From: a virus | Taxonomy: Duplodnaviria; Caudoviricetes | DNA length: 64,000 nucleotides | Reading direction: 5' to 3' (one strand) | IMG/VR virus record: IMGVR_UViG_3300005937_000267 | Span: 865 to 64,864 of that record | Shown here: piece after piece, positions 1 through 9,568 of the stretch | Position numbering within the stretch: the first letter of the stretch is position 1 | Layout: every line of letters begins with the position of its first letter | Notes under the pieces: model-generated | The model's database searches: none | Seen by the model: the letters and a program-made list of their open reading frames with translations, nothing else | Told to the model about the DNA's origin: nothing | Program-made: the position numbers and the translations under genes

Positions 1-2
1 GC

Positions 3-803
3 AACCTAGGTCGGATCGAGATCATCGGGTACGGCTGGGACGCTAGCGGGTCGGCGCGGTTCGATGAGATGGTGCTCAGCGAGGTGCCGCCCTACGCGGT
101 GCGGTTCGTCCGGAAGACCGACGGCGGGTACGTGCGCGGCGGGCACCCGGCGCTGTGCGTGAACGGCACCGCGTACGCCTTCGACGACGAGCTGACCCCT
201 GATCAGCTCACCGAGTGGTACGCCGAGCCGATCTTCCCCGACGGCAGCGTCGGGACGCCGACCGGCACCGTGGAGTTCACCATCGAGGACCGATCGACTG
301 ATCTGTGGTCGACGATGATCAAGTCCTTGGAGAATCCCGGCGTCGTGATGTTCCTCCCGACTGACACGCGGGAGATGACCCGGCAGAGATCGACGACGTT
401 CGTCACCAAGCAGTCCACGGGCAAGCCGGCGGGCGGGATCAACAGCGCGTACAGCTTGTCCGGCGACTACATGCTGATCACGCAGACGATCGCTGAGCTG
501 AAAGAGCTGATGGTGCTGCTGGACGAGACGGTGCTGTACGTCTCGCCTACTGGTCGGTTCCATCGTCCGCCGTTCTTCGCCACCGTGCTGGAGTACTCGA
601 TCAACGACTTCGTTCGCATAGACGGCGAAGAGAAGATCTTCATCATCAGATTCCAAGAAGTCGAGAGACCCGACACCGAGGGACAGCCGAGCTATCTGCC
701 GCTGGCGGACTATAGCTGGCTGTCGCAGCAGCACAGCACCTACGGAGATCCGGCGCTGACCTCGCAGACCTACGACGATCTCGCCTTCTCTTCGGTTATC
801 TGA
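3..803 (+). CDS. Minor tail / distal tail protein, C-terminal part (5' truncated by window)
   Basis: Frame open from position 3 (NLGRIEIIGYGW...) through ORF 69..803; precedes minor tail genes; likely continuation of the gene starting at 62038. Confidence 0.65.
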   Translation, partial: NLGRIEIIGYGWDASGSARFDEMVLSEVPPYAVRFVRKTDGGYVRGGHPALCVNGTAYAFDDELTPDQLTEWYAEPIFPDGSVGTPTGTVEFTIEDRSTDLWSTMIKSLENPGVVMFLPTDTREMTRQRSTTFVTKQSTGKPAGGINSAYSLSGDYMLITQTIAELKELMVLLDETVLYVSPTGRFHRPPFFATVLEYSINDFVRIDGEEKIFIIRFQEVERPDTEGQPSYLPLADYSWLSQQHSTYGDPALTSQTYDDLAFSSVI

Positions 804-805
804 TC

Positions 806-1969
806 ATGGTCTATCGAGTTCCTGGCCCAGTACTGAACGCGCTGAACACTGTCACCAAGCGGCGAGTACGGATCGAGTGGTCCAATGATCGCTTCGTCAC
901 CGTCGGCGGGTCGCTGGACGTCTACGAGAGCCAGTTCTCCTGCGACTCCACCTCTCAGATCCGCTGGACCGCGACCTGCTCGGCGATCGACGTCGACCAA
1001 CGGATCAACCAACTGATCACCTGGGTCCGTGCCTATCTGGAGATCAAGGGCGTCCGGCAGCAGTGGTGGACGATCCCGATGGGGGTCTATCGGGTGTCAG
1101 GACTCGGCATCAGTGGTCGATACACGAACTTCGACCTCGAAGGTCTGGAGGCGGTGATTCAGGACTATCGCTTCCACGTACCGCGCTCGCTGCCGATGCA
1201 GCAGATGGACACCCCGGAGACCACGCTAACCAAGCTGATCTTGGAGGCGATTCCCACTGCGAAGATCATCTGGACAGTACGGACTTCTCAGACTCCGATG
1301 GTACCGGTGACCTTCGACCGAGATCGATGGTCCGCGATCGACGGGGACAACACCGCGAAGTCGATCACCAAGTCCTTCTCCGCTGACTGCTTCGCGGACC
1401 GCCTAGGACAGTTCGTCGTGGCCCCGACTCCGATCACCACTAATAGCCCGATCTGGTCGATCACGGTAGACGACGGAGTCAAGGTCAGCTCAGCGACTAC
1501 TCTGAGCCGGGAGAACCTGCGCAACGTCTGGACCGTCTGGGCTGCTCCGAGCAACGCGCCGGTGATCGGTCCCGTGCACGTCTGGGACGCCGATCCTAAC
1601 AGCCCGACCTACGCCGGGTCCAACCCAGTCAAGCTCGGCGCCATCGACGCCTCGGCGTTCGGCATCGTCTCGGGGTTCTATCAGAGTCCGCTACTACGCA
1701 CTCTCTCAGAGTGCGCCAAGGCCGGGCGAACGCGACTGGCGATGTCGCTCGCGCCGCGTCGCCACGTAGAGATCACGTCGATCTTCAACCCGACGCTCGA
1801 CGCCGGGGACTGCGTGTCACTGATCCCAGACGGCAGTGATCATCTTGAGAACTTCATCATCGAGAAGGTCGACTACCAGATGGACGACGCGGCGACCAAG
1901 ATCTCGATGCGGACTCAAGGTCCGGAGGCGCTTGCTGAGTCCGAAGGCGAGGAGGTAGCTATCTCATGA
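806..1969 (+). CDS. Minor tail protein (baseplate hub-like)
   Basis: 387 aa; position after distal tail gene; DRDRWSAI...ADRLGQFVVAP and NPTLDAGD segments resemble actinophage hub proteins. Confidence 0.7.
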   Translation: MVYRVPGPVLNALNTVTKRRVRIEWSNDRFVTVGGSLDVYESQFSCDSTSQIRWTATCSAIDVDQRINQLITWVRAYLEIKGVRQQWWTIPMGVYRVSGLGISGRYTNFDLEGLEAVIQDYRFHVPRSLPMQQMDTPETTLTKLILEAIPTAKIIWTVRTSQTPMVPVTFDRDRWSAIDGDNTAKSITKSFSADCFADRLGQFVVAPTPITTNSPIWSITVDDGVKVSSATTLSRENLRNVWTVWAAPSNAPVIGPVHVWDADPNSPTYAGSNPVKLGAIDASAFGIVSGFYQSPLLRTLSECAKAGRTRLAMSLAPRRHVEITSIFNPTLDAGDCVSLIPDGSDHLENFIIEKVDYQMDDAATKISMRTQGPEALAESEGEEVAIS

Positions 1970-2979
1970 GTGGGGTCGATCAGCTAGCGAAAGCGGCGTG
2001 GGTCGAGCAGGGACAGGAAGTCCACGAGTTCAACGGCGCCACTGTGACCAACGTCAACCCAGACGGCACGGTGAACTTAAACTATCTGGGCGAAGATCAT
2101 CTCAATATCTCCGCGATGAGCAACTACTTGGATCGGCAGACCGGCGACTTCGTCGTCGTGCGAAGCAACGGAGATCACTGGATCGTGATCGGCAAGGTCG
2201 GCATCGCTTGGGAGCCGACGTTCCCGACCACGCCTCCGACGCACCAGCATCCGTACACGGACATCCAGAGTCCGCCGCCGACCGTCACGTGGGGACTCAC
2301 CGACCCGTCTCCGATGACCGGATGGAACGTGGTGATCACGGGCGTGATCTGGGCGCACAACGACGGGCGGATCTACATGAAGGCTGGGACGGGCACGCCG
2401 CCGCCCGGGACCCCGCCTCCCGATCCGCCGATCACGCCTCCGGTAGGACAGGTCTATACGATCAATCAGACAGACGATCGACTATTTCTTAACTTCTCCG
2501 AGCCGTGGAACGGCCAGCTTCCTAGCCTTGATCTGCAGACGTGGAACACCGGTCAGCGCGCGCAGGGCACCGAGTTCCACGACCTCGGCTACTACAACTA
2601 CTCCGAGGGGCCGTTCTGCACCGCTTGGTACTACGGAAGCGCTCTCCGGGACGCGGCGAACGCGAACCCTAGCAAGATGGAGTTCTTGATCAAGAGAGAT
2701 ACCGTCGACGACGGTTCTGGCGGAGCACTGCACAAGCCGATCTTCTACTTGCACTCCGCGAGCGCCGCCGTAGGCAGCACCATATCGCTGAACGACGGAC
2801 CCTGGCAAGGGCCGTCGCTGGCCTACGGGCAGAGCGCCTGGTGGACGCTGCCGTCAGCGATGGTCAACCAGCTCAAGACCGCGGGCGGCCAGAGAGGCAT
2901 CGCGGTCTGGTCCAACAAGATCAGCGGCTGTCTGCGCTTCAACGCGGCAGGTTCCGGCCAAGTCAAAGTCACCCCCTAG
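1966..2979 (+). CDS. Minor tail protein
   Basis: ATGA overlap; N-terminal OB-like spike segment (ATVTNVNPDGTVNL...GDFVVVRSNGDHWIVIGKV), Pro-rich linker, C-terminal globular domain. Confidence 0.65.
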   Translation: MSGVDQLAKAAWVEQGQEVHEFNGATVTNVNPDGTVNLNYLGEDHLNISAMSNYLDRQTGDFVVVRSNGDHWIVIGKVGIAWEPTFPTTPPTHQHPYTDIQSPPPTVTWGLTDPSPMTGWNVVITGVIWAHNDGRIYMKAGTGTPPPGTPPPDPPITPPVGQVYTINQTDDRLFLNFSEPWNGQLPSLDLQTWNTGQRAQGTEFHDLGYYNYSEGPFCTAWYYGSALRDAANANPSKMEFLIKRDTVDDGSGGALHKPIFYLHSASAAVGSTISLNDGPWQGPSLAYGQSAWWTLPSAMVNQLKTAGGQRGIAVWSNKISGCLRFNAAGSGQVKVTP

Positions 2980-2990
2980 GAGAAGAGATC

Positions 2991-3611
2991 ATGGGATCAG
3001 CATTCACCACGCTCGGCGGGGACCCGGTCCCATCAGTCGACGACCAAGTCCTCATCCCAGCCGACATCCTGGCGTACGCGGAGTCGGTCGGCCACAAGAT
3101 CGTCCACTGGGTCACCGACCAAGCCGAGAGGGACAGCCTGTACACCAACGCGGTCGCCCCGGTCTGGGTGGCCTCGCCGAACGCTCTGTGGCTGAAGATC
3201 AGCGGCTCGGGCGGCAGCTCAGTCTGGCGCACGATCTGGGAGGACACCGGATCAGTCACCACCGGGATAGTCGCGGGATCGAACTTCCAGTACTCCAGCG
3301 GCTACTGTCGAAAGATCAACAAGAACGCGTTCTTCTCCATCGACTTGATCAAGAAAGTATCGACGATCACGATGAACGCGTACAACCACTCGACCTCCCC
3401 GGGCAACATCACCGGCGACCCGGTCTGCGTCACGCTGCCGACCGCGTTCTGGCCCGATCACGTGGTGCAGTGCACCTTCCGGGCATTCAACTGCAACGGC
3501 GTCGCGGAGATCAACTTGAACGGCACCGTAGAGCTGCTGTCAGGTACTCCGAGCGGGGTGATCAACATCGACGACGTGGTGATCGTCTCGGCGGCGTACA
3601 TGGTGCCATGA
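2991..3611 (+). CDS. Minor tail / fibre protein
   Basis: ATG at 2991 after GGAGAAGAG RBS; C-terminal VTLPTAFWP...AEINLNGTVEL typical of tail-fibre C-terminal domains. Confidence 0.6.
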   Translation: MGSAFTTLGGDPVPSVDDQVLIPADILAYAESVGHKIVHWVTDQAERDSLYTNAVAPVWVASPNALWLKISGSGGSSVWRTIWEDTGSVTTGIVAGSNFQYSSGYCRKINKNAFFSIDLIKKVSTITMNAYNHSTSPGNITGDPVCVTLPTAFWPDHVVQCTFRAFNCNGVAEINLNGTVELLSGTPSGVINIDDVVIVSAAYMVP

Positions 3612-3856
3612 GCGAGTACTGGCGAATCGTCAAGCCGGGATACGCGTTCTGGTCCGGCGTAGTGGCGTTCACGGCGAACATGATCGCGCTGCTCGGCATC
3701 GATAGACTCAGCATCACGCACGTCGATCTCCAGGCGAACTTCCTCGGCGCTCTCGCGGTGAGCGTCCCAGTCGCGCTCCTGGTCTACGCCAAAGAGAAGG
3801 TCTCTGAGTACAAGAAAGTAAACGGCCATGGCAACGATGCGAGCCCTGCAGCTTAA
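3608..3856 (+). CDS. Small two-TM membrane protein
   Basis: MSEYWRIVK... with two hydrophobic stretches; ATGA overlap; start of lysis region. Confidence 0.6.
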   Translation: MSEYWRIVKPGYAFWSGVVAFTANMIALLGIDRLSITHVDLQANFLGALAVSVPVALLVYAKEKVSEYKKVNGHGNDASPAA

Positions 3857-4649
3857 CTTCCGTCGCAGCGACGTCGACGAGGATCGCAGGCGCGAGGAGT
3901 GGCCGCGACGACTGCCAGCGATGATCACGTATCTGAAGCGGATCAGGCCACAGGTGATCGGCGCCCAGGAGCTCACCAACGACGCCATGGCCGACGTGCA
4001 GGATGAGCTCGGGGAGAACTGGACGTTCGTCGGAAGACATCACAACGTCAAGCTGATCTGGGACACCAAGGTCATGGTGGCCGAGGAGGGCACGCTGCTG
4101 GAGACGACGCTCCCGTCCGGGGAGCGGCACCGGTACTTGATCACCGTGCGACTGAACCATCTCGTCGCCGGGTGGGGAGCGTGGTTCTCGTCTATTCATC
4201 TGGCGTCCGGAGGAGCGACAGAGCCGAACGCGCCAGTGCTGCGGCTCAAGCAGATGGCGCAGGCGATCGACATCCTCGAAGATCACATCGCCGAGCACCC
4301 GCACGCGCACGCCGGGGACGGCGCCACTCCGAACTCGATCTTGCTCGGGGACATCAACGACGGTGCTCAGTCGGTGCGCAAGATCGCGCTCGGCAAGGGG
4401 TACAAGCCGCTGCAGGTCCGGCTGCCGATGAGCAAGATCAGCGGCGAGTCACTGAGCACGTTCCACGGGTTCCGCACCCCGACGCCGAGGGACGGGCGCT
4501 GGATAGATGAGATCTTCACCAGAGGAGTGAGGCTGGAAAACGCCGTGCTTAAGCGAACTGATCTTGATGCCCTGCCAAACTATGCATCGGACCACAACGG
4601 TCTGTATGCCGACGTGATCATGGAGGTCGCAGATGCTGCACGGCAATGA
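3828..4649 (+). CDS. Endonuclease/exonuclease/phosphatase (EEP) family protein
   Basis: Motifs LQLNF, VIGAQE, ILLGDIND, IDEIF, SDHNGL match EEP catalytic motifs. Confidence 0.8.
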   Translation: MATMRALQLNFRRSDVDEDRRREEWPRRLPAMITYLKRIRPQVIGAQELTNDAMADVQDELGENWTFVGRHHNVKLIWDTKVMVAEEGTLLETTLPSGERHRYLITVRLNHLVAGWGAWFSSIHLASGGATEPNAPVLRLKQMAQAIDILEDHIAEHPHAHAGDGATPNSILLGDINDGAQSVRKIALGKGYKPLQVRLPMSKISGESLSTFHGFRTPTPRDGRWIDEIFTRGVRLENAVLKRTDLDALPNYASDHNGLYADVIMEVADAARQ

Positions 4650-5883
4650 CGTATCGGGATACCAAGGAAAGGAGTGGAAGCCCGCCAGCGGCGACGACTT
4701 CGCGTTCGTCAAGGCCACCGAGGGTCGCACGGTGGACAACGACGACGGCGCAGCGCAGATCAAGACCGCGCGGGGCGCCGGACTCGTCGTGGGTCACTAC
4801 CACTTCCTCTGGCCGGGCAACGCCAAGGAGCAGGCCGGATACTTCACCTCCAAGATCGCTGATCTCAAGCCAGGTGATCTTCTGGTCTGCGACTGGGAGA
4901 AGACCGGCGGCGGTCACCCCTCCGTAGAGGACGCCAAGAACTTCATCGCTGAGGTGAAACGTCTCAAGCCAGACCACAAGTGCGGACTCTACTGCAACAA
5001 GTCCGACTGGCTGAACACCACGGTCAAGAAGGGCGACTTCCTGTGGATCGCCAGCTGGGGCTCCACCCCCGGCGGAGGCGTCAAAGACTGGGACTTCTGG
5101 CAGTACACCGACGAGCCCATCGATCAGAACTACGCGAACCCGCGATGGAAGACGGTCGAGGACCTGCGATCATGGGCGCTGCAGGACCCGGACACGCCGA
5201 TCTTCTGGTCCGACACGTGGAAGTCCGAGTACCTGGCGTTCGGCGGGTCGGCCAAGTGGATCACGCCCATCGACAAGACCGTGCTGGTCGCGTGCGCGCA
5301 CGCCAGCGGCTGGGGATCGATCCGGATCATCCAGGGCGGTCGTCGACCGCACACGAGCTACAGCGGGTGGACGCACAACGGGCTCGGAGTCGGAGACATA
5401 GCGATCGACGGTCACGACAAGCCGGAGGTGTGGAAGCTCAGCGCGCACCTGACGAGGTCGGGCCTGCGGCCGTTCCCGCGCGGCTACGGCGGCGACCCGT
5501 GGAAGGACGAGAAGCACATCCACTTCGGGAGTCGCGAGTCCTACGAGCACGCGCACGACGACCTCCAAGATCAAGTCCGAGCGCACGAGCGCGGGAAGAA
5601 CGGGCTCTCCAACGACGGTCCGTACAACGGTCCGAACGTGCCGCGTGGGCGCTGGGCGGACTCGCCGTATAACCCGAAGAACGTGGAGGTGGACACCGGC
5701 ATCTACGAGGTGATCACCGACACGCTGAACGGATACACGGTCGACAAGATCAAGGTCAGGGAGCGAACCAAGGGCTACATGATCGCGGGATCGCTGCGCA
5801 TCGACCGCTGGGGTCGACCGAACATCGTCACCAAGACCCCGACCTACTACAAGCTAGAGTCGCTCAAGCGAACGAAGATCTAA
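4633..5883 (+). CDS. Endolysin: GH25 muramidase plus M15-like peptidase domain
   Basis: GNDVSGYQ, FVKATEG, GHYHF, CDWE, LWIASW, FWQYT (GH25); WTHNGLGVGD...KHIHFG (Hx6D...HxH). Confidence 0.85.
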   Translation: MLHGNDVSGYQGKEWKPASGDDFAFVKATEGRTVDNDDGAAQIKTARGAGLVVGHYHFLWPGNAKEQAGYFTSKIADLKPGDLLVCDWEKTGGGHPSVEDAKNFIAEVKRLKPDHKCGLYCNKSDWLNTTVKKGDFLWIASWGSTPGGGVKDWDFWQYTDEPIDQNYANPRWKTVEDLRSWALQDPDTPIFWSDTWKSEYLAFGGSAKWITPIDKTVLVACAHASGWGSIRIIQGGRRPHTSYSGWTHNGLGVGDIAIDGHDKPEVWKLSAHLTRSGLRPFPRGYGGDPWKDEKHIHFGSRESYEHAHDDLQDQVRAHERGKNGLSNDGPYNGPNVPRGRWADSPYNPKNVEVDTGIYEVITDTLNGYTVDKIKVRERTKGYMIAGSLRIDRWGRPNIVTKTPTYYKLESLKRTKI

Positions 5884-5895
5884 GGAGAAACGATC

Positions 5896-6264
5896 ATGGA
5901 CAACGGAGACGTCGTCTTCGAGATCGACTGGCCGCTGATCATCAGCACGGTTATCTCGACGATCCTCCCGCTGCTAGTCGGGCTGGTCACCAAGACGACC
6001 ACGTCCGGCGGGCTCAAGGCGGTGCTGCTGGCGGCGCTGTCGTTCGTCAACGCCGGACTGACGCAGCTGTACGTCGCGATGACCGAGGACGTGGTCTTCG
6101 ACCTGGGCACCTGGCTGGTCGGGGCGATCGCGTCGTTCGCCGTTGCGGTCGGCTCCCACTACGGCTTCTGGAGGCCGACGGGCGTCACCGGCAAGGTGCA
6201 GTCCATCGGGCCCAAGCACCCGCCGGAGCCCGAGCAGCCAGAGGAGACTCCGCGAGCGGCCTGA
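5896..6264 (+). CDS. Holin
   Basis: Follows endolysin; ILPLLVGLVTK...KAVLLAALS and three hydrophobic segments, charged C-tail. Confidence 0.8.
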   Translation: MDNGDVVFEIDWPLIISTVISTILPLLVGLVTKTTTSGGLKAVLLAALSFVNAGLTQLYVAMTEDVVFDLGTWLVGAIASFAVAVGSHYGFWRPTGVTGKVQSIGPKHPPEPEQPEETPRAA

Positions 6265-6349
6265 GAGAACTTTTCGCGTTCGCCTCCCAATGACCGACTG
6301 CTCGGCTAGATTGAGCCGCGGCCTATCGATCGATCATGGAAGGGGCCTA

Positions 6350-6865
6350 ATGGTGAGGAAGATCCTCGCACTAGTCATCGGGGGAGCGCTGGCGCTGGCT
6401 AGCTTGCTGATCTCTCTCCCCGCCAACGCCGAGATCGTCCCGGACGACGGCGGCTTCATCGACACGCAGACCTGCGAGGACGCGGGCGGCGTGCCGTACA
6501 CAGTAAGCGCTCACTGGCGATTCAAGTATGAGGACCCAGCAGGCAAGACCCGGGTGAGCCTGATCTTCGTCGTCGAGCGCGACGACGGAGACGCGGGCCC
6601 AGCCGCCGACGCCGGGGTCGATCTTCACTGGGACGTCTCCAGCCACGGGACCGTGCGCTGGACGCAGCACCGAATCATCGACGGCCTCGACCTCGACTTC
6701 GCGGCAGACGACCAGGCGACGATCAACGCCCGCAACCCGATCTCAGACGCCAATGACACGTTCCTCCGCGTCAAGGTCGGAACCGACGGCGACGGTCTGG
6801 ACAACTGCGAATGGCTGTACTTCATCCAGCCGGCCGGAATCGAGTTCCGGGCGCCTAGCTCGTAG
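6350..6865 (+). CDS. Secreted protein of unknown function
   Basis: Sec signal peptide MVRKILALVIGGALALASLLISLPANA; acidic mature domain with two Cys. Confidence 0.7.
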   Translation: MVRKILALVIGGALALASLLISLPANAEIVPDDGGFIDTQTCEDAGGVPYTVSAHWRFKYEDPAGKTRVSLIFVVERDDGDAGPAADAGVDLHWDVSSHGTVRWTQHRIIDGLDLDFAADDQATINARNPISDANDTFLRVKVGTDGDGLDNCEWLYFIQPAGIEFRAPSS

Positions 6866-6893
6866 GAGCGAGCGCCCTCCTCAGCGACGGCGA

Positions 6894-6921
6894 AGCCCCC
6901 GGCCCTAATGGACCGGGGGCT
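6894..6921. terminator. Probable terminator between convergent gene arms
   Basis: AGCCCCCGG-N10-CCGGGGGCT perfect 9-bp inverted repeat between convergent transcription units; no U-tract. Confidence 0.6.
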
Positions 6922-7013
6922 CCTGCTCTGCCGCTGCGCAGGTCGAGCGGGCATCTCCATCGCTGGTTCCGAAGAGAGTGACCAGACCAGCGGCTCGACC
7001 TTCGATCCCCGAC

Positions 7014-7598
7014 TTATCCGAGGTGACGTTGACGCCTGGCAGAGCGTCGCTGAGCGAGGCTGAGCGCCTCGCTCTTGTCTTCTAGTACCAGATCCGCACG
7101 GACCAGTCTCCAGGGTCGAGAGACGCCAGCTACTACCACGGCGGCCATGAGCAGTCCGACGCCCAGCAGCTCGAACCAGCGCTCGGACCACAGCACCAGG
7201 AAGTTGCCGGCCGCGACCAGTCCGACGCTGATCAGCATCGACCTGCTGATCATCGAGCGATATCGCTCGGCCGTGGTCACCTCGACCCACTCCTCCCCCG
7301 GCGGCGGGACCATGCCCTGGCGCTGCCGGTCCGTGCTCCGGCCTACCGCCCCCTGGCCCGTCGGGTGCCTGCGGGACCGGCCCGCGTTGTCTCCGATCAT
7401 GACTTGTCCTTCTCTAGTTTCCGCTTCATTCCGTTCTCTTCCATCCACTGATCGGTGCGCCTGCGCGGACGCCTTGATCTCCAGCTTCTTCACGGCCAGC
7501 GCGTGCAGACGTCTCGCCTCGATCTGGTTCACGGTCCCGCACCATAGCAGGATGCCCACGAACACGGCGAGACACGCGAATGCGAATACCCAGATCAT
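7014..7598 (-). CDS. Hypothetical membrane protein
   Basis: N-terminal and two C-terminal hydrophobic segments; ATGA overlap with upstream gene. Confidence 0.55.
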   Translation of the reverse strand: MIWVFAFACLAVFVGILLWCGTVNQIEARRLHALAVKKLEIKASAQAHRSVDGRERNEAETREGQVMIGDNAGRSRRHPTGQGAVGRSTDRQRQGMVPPPGEEWVEVTTAERYRSMISRSMLISVGLVAAGNFLVLWSERWFELLGVGLLMAAVVVAGVSRPWRLVRADLVLEDKSEALSLAQRRSARRQRHLG

Positions 7599-8107
7599 CT
7601 CTCTGTCCTCTCGATCGCCTGCTGCAAGATCAACCTAGCTCGGTCCTTGTGGCTCTGCTCGTTGTACGCGCGATTCAGACCCGACGGATGCGGGATCGCC
7701 GCGACCGAGGTCCCGTAGTACGGCCACCAGAACCACTCGTAGAACGGCACCCGCTGGGTGAAGAACACCCGCTTCATCCGGGCGCCGAGCAAGATCATCA
7801 CCTTCCCATGCCACTCGTCCCTTCGCTGCTCCGCGACCTGCCTGGCGACGTCCACTGGGAACGCCGCCCCCTTCCCGGCGCGACCGGGGTACTCCTCCAG
7901 CAGGTTGTCGAGATCGTAGTGCCGCTTCAGCGTCCAGTAGTAGTGGCCGTACCGGGAGGTCCCAGGACGGGTGCTGAGGGCCTCGTCCTCGAGCCCGGCA
8001 AGTTGGCACAGGGTCACGCCGACCGGGCCGGAGAGCGGGAAGAGATCCGCGACGATGGCCTTGCCCTTGCCCGGGGCCTCGCCCAAGATCAGCGGCTTCA
8101 TGATCAC
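7595..8107 (-). CDS. Uracil-DNA glycosylase superfamily protein
   Basis: LILGEAPG motif A and IPHPSGLN motif B. Confidence 0.75.
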   Translation of the reverse strand: MIMKPLILGEAPGKGKAIVADLFPLSGPVGVTLCQLAGLEDEALSTRPGTSRYGHYYWTLKRHYDLDNLLEEYPGRAGKGAAFPVDVARQVAEQRRDEWHGKVMILLGARMKRVFFTQRVPFYEWFWWPYYGTSVAAIPHPSGLNRAYNEQSHKDRARLILQQAIERTER

Positions 8108-9174
8108 CTCACCAGCGCGTTCACGTGATCGCGGAGCATCAGCGGCAGCTTGGAGTCACCGACGATCGTGGGATGAATCCAGATCCGCCTCCGGTCCCAC
8201 TCGCCGTCGACGTTCTTGTACGGCTGGCGGCGCCAGTGGCCGCGCCGCAGGAACCGATGCGACAGCTCGCGCCGAGACTCCTGATCTTGGCGCGCGCCCT
8301 CGGCCCGCCGATACTGGATGATCGTGACGTGGCTGTGCCTCATCGTGATCTTCCCCCGCAGGCTCCGGCGCACGTTCGCCGGCAGGCCGGTGTCCGTGAC
8401 CTTGGTGATCGTCTGCTGCATCAGCCGCAGACACGCCACCAGCCACACCATCACCGCGTCCGGTCGGATCTCGGGCTTCAGCGCCGACGGGTCGTAGCCC
8501 TTCGGAAACGAGATCGCCACGCTGCTGCCCTCTCGGTGGATCGTCACCTCCTTCGCCATCTCCGGCGGGATCACCATGCCCAGGCTGAGCGATCTCACCA
8601 CCGGCTCGCCGATCTTGCTGCGGACCACGCACCACGGCGTCAGCCGGGACACGCCCGACATGCCGCCGAGTCCGTACTCCTTGTCTAGCGGGTGCCGCTT
8701 GTCGACGAAGAACACCAGGGTCACGGCGTCGCCGAGCATCGACCACAGCACCGCCGAGGTGGGCATCGGCACGCCGCGCGCGTCGATCTCGACGATGCCG
8801 CCCGGTATCCACATCCAGCCGTGCTCGGTCGGGAAGTCCTCGGCCAAGATCGTCTCGTCGTCCTTCCAGGAATCCGCGGCCGCCGTCACCAGCACGGACA
8901 TCTCGGGTGTCACGTAGTAGTTGTGGCTCAGCTGCAGCCAGTGGCGCAGCTGCTTCTGGAATCCCTGCCAGTCGGCCGGCACCATGCCGTGCTCGGGCGC
9001 CGACTGCTCCAGCCAACGGCCCTCCTTGTCGGTGGTAATCTCGGACGGGCTGACTATGCCGTACTGGGCCTTCGACGATCGCTCGTACCAAGATCGCAGA
9101 TAGCGCGCGTAGAACTCGGTGCCCACGTCCTCGAGCGTCTCCTGCTTCATCAGGAAGCTGTCAAGAGGAGGCAT
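8104..9174 (-). CDS. Hypothetical phage protein
   Basis: 356 aa ORF in operon; basic C-terminal RRGHWRRQPY...RIWIHPTIVGD motif seen in phage proteins. Confidence 0.7.
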   Translation of the reverse strand: MPPLDSFLMKQETLEDVGTEFYARYLRSWYERSSKAQYGIVSPSEITTDKEGRWLEQSAPEHGMVPADWQGFQKQLRHWLQLSHNYYVTPEMSVLVTAAADSWKDDETILAEDFPTEHGWMWIPGGIVEIDARGVPMPTSAVLWSMLGDAVTLVFFVDKRHPLDKEYGLGGMSGVSRLTPWCVVRSKIGEPVVRSLSLGMVIPPEMAKEVTIHREGSSVAISFPKGYDPSALKPEIRPDAVMVWLVACLRLMQQTITKVTDTGLPANVRRSLRGKITMRHSHVTIIQYRRAEGARQDQESRRELSHRFLRRGHWRRQPYKNVDGEWDRRRIWIHPTIVGDSKLPLMLRDHVNALVR

Positions 9175-9568
9175 GGTACTCCTCCATCTTCTTGAGCTCC
9201 AGGCCGTGGTCCTTCAGGCCGAAGATCACCGAGTCCAGGGACCGCACGCCGAAGTTGCGGATGTCGAGCAGGTCCATCTCGGTGCAGCCGACCAGCTGGC
9301 GCACGGTCGTGATCTTGTTCCGCCGCAGGGCGTTGTACGCCCTGACGGTCAGATTGAGGTCCTCGAGAATGATCTCGTCGAGGGGGTCGCACAGCTCGAC
9401 CGTGACGCGGACCACCGCGTCCTCCGGCATCTGGCCGAAGGCCGCGGTCATGAAGCTCCACGGCTGGATCCCTTCCCAATGGTGCGGGGGCTGGAAGTAG
9501 TCCTCCTGGGAGTGGGTGTGCCAGGCGCCGAGCGAGTTGCGGGTGAAGTCACCGACGATCTTGTCCAC
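9161..9568 (-). CDS. RNA polymerase alpha-subunit C-terminal-domain-like protein
   Basis: LEDLNLTVRAYNALRRNKITTVRQLV...DLLDIRNFGVRSL closely resembles actinobacterial RpoA CTD. Confidence 0.85.
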   Translation of the reverse strand: MDKIVGDFTRNSLGAWHTHSQEDYFQPPHHWEGIQPWSFMTAAFGQMPEDAVVRVTVELCDPLDEIILEDLNLTVRAYNALRRNKITTVRQLVGCTEMDLLDIRNFGVRSLDSVIFGLKDHGLELKKMEEYHASS

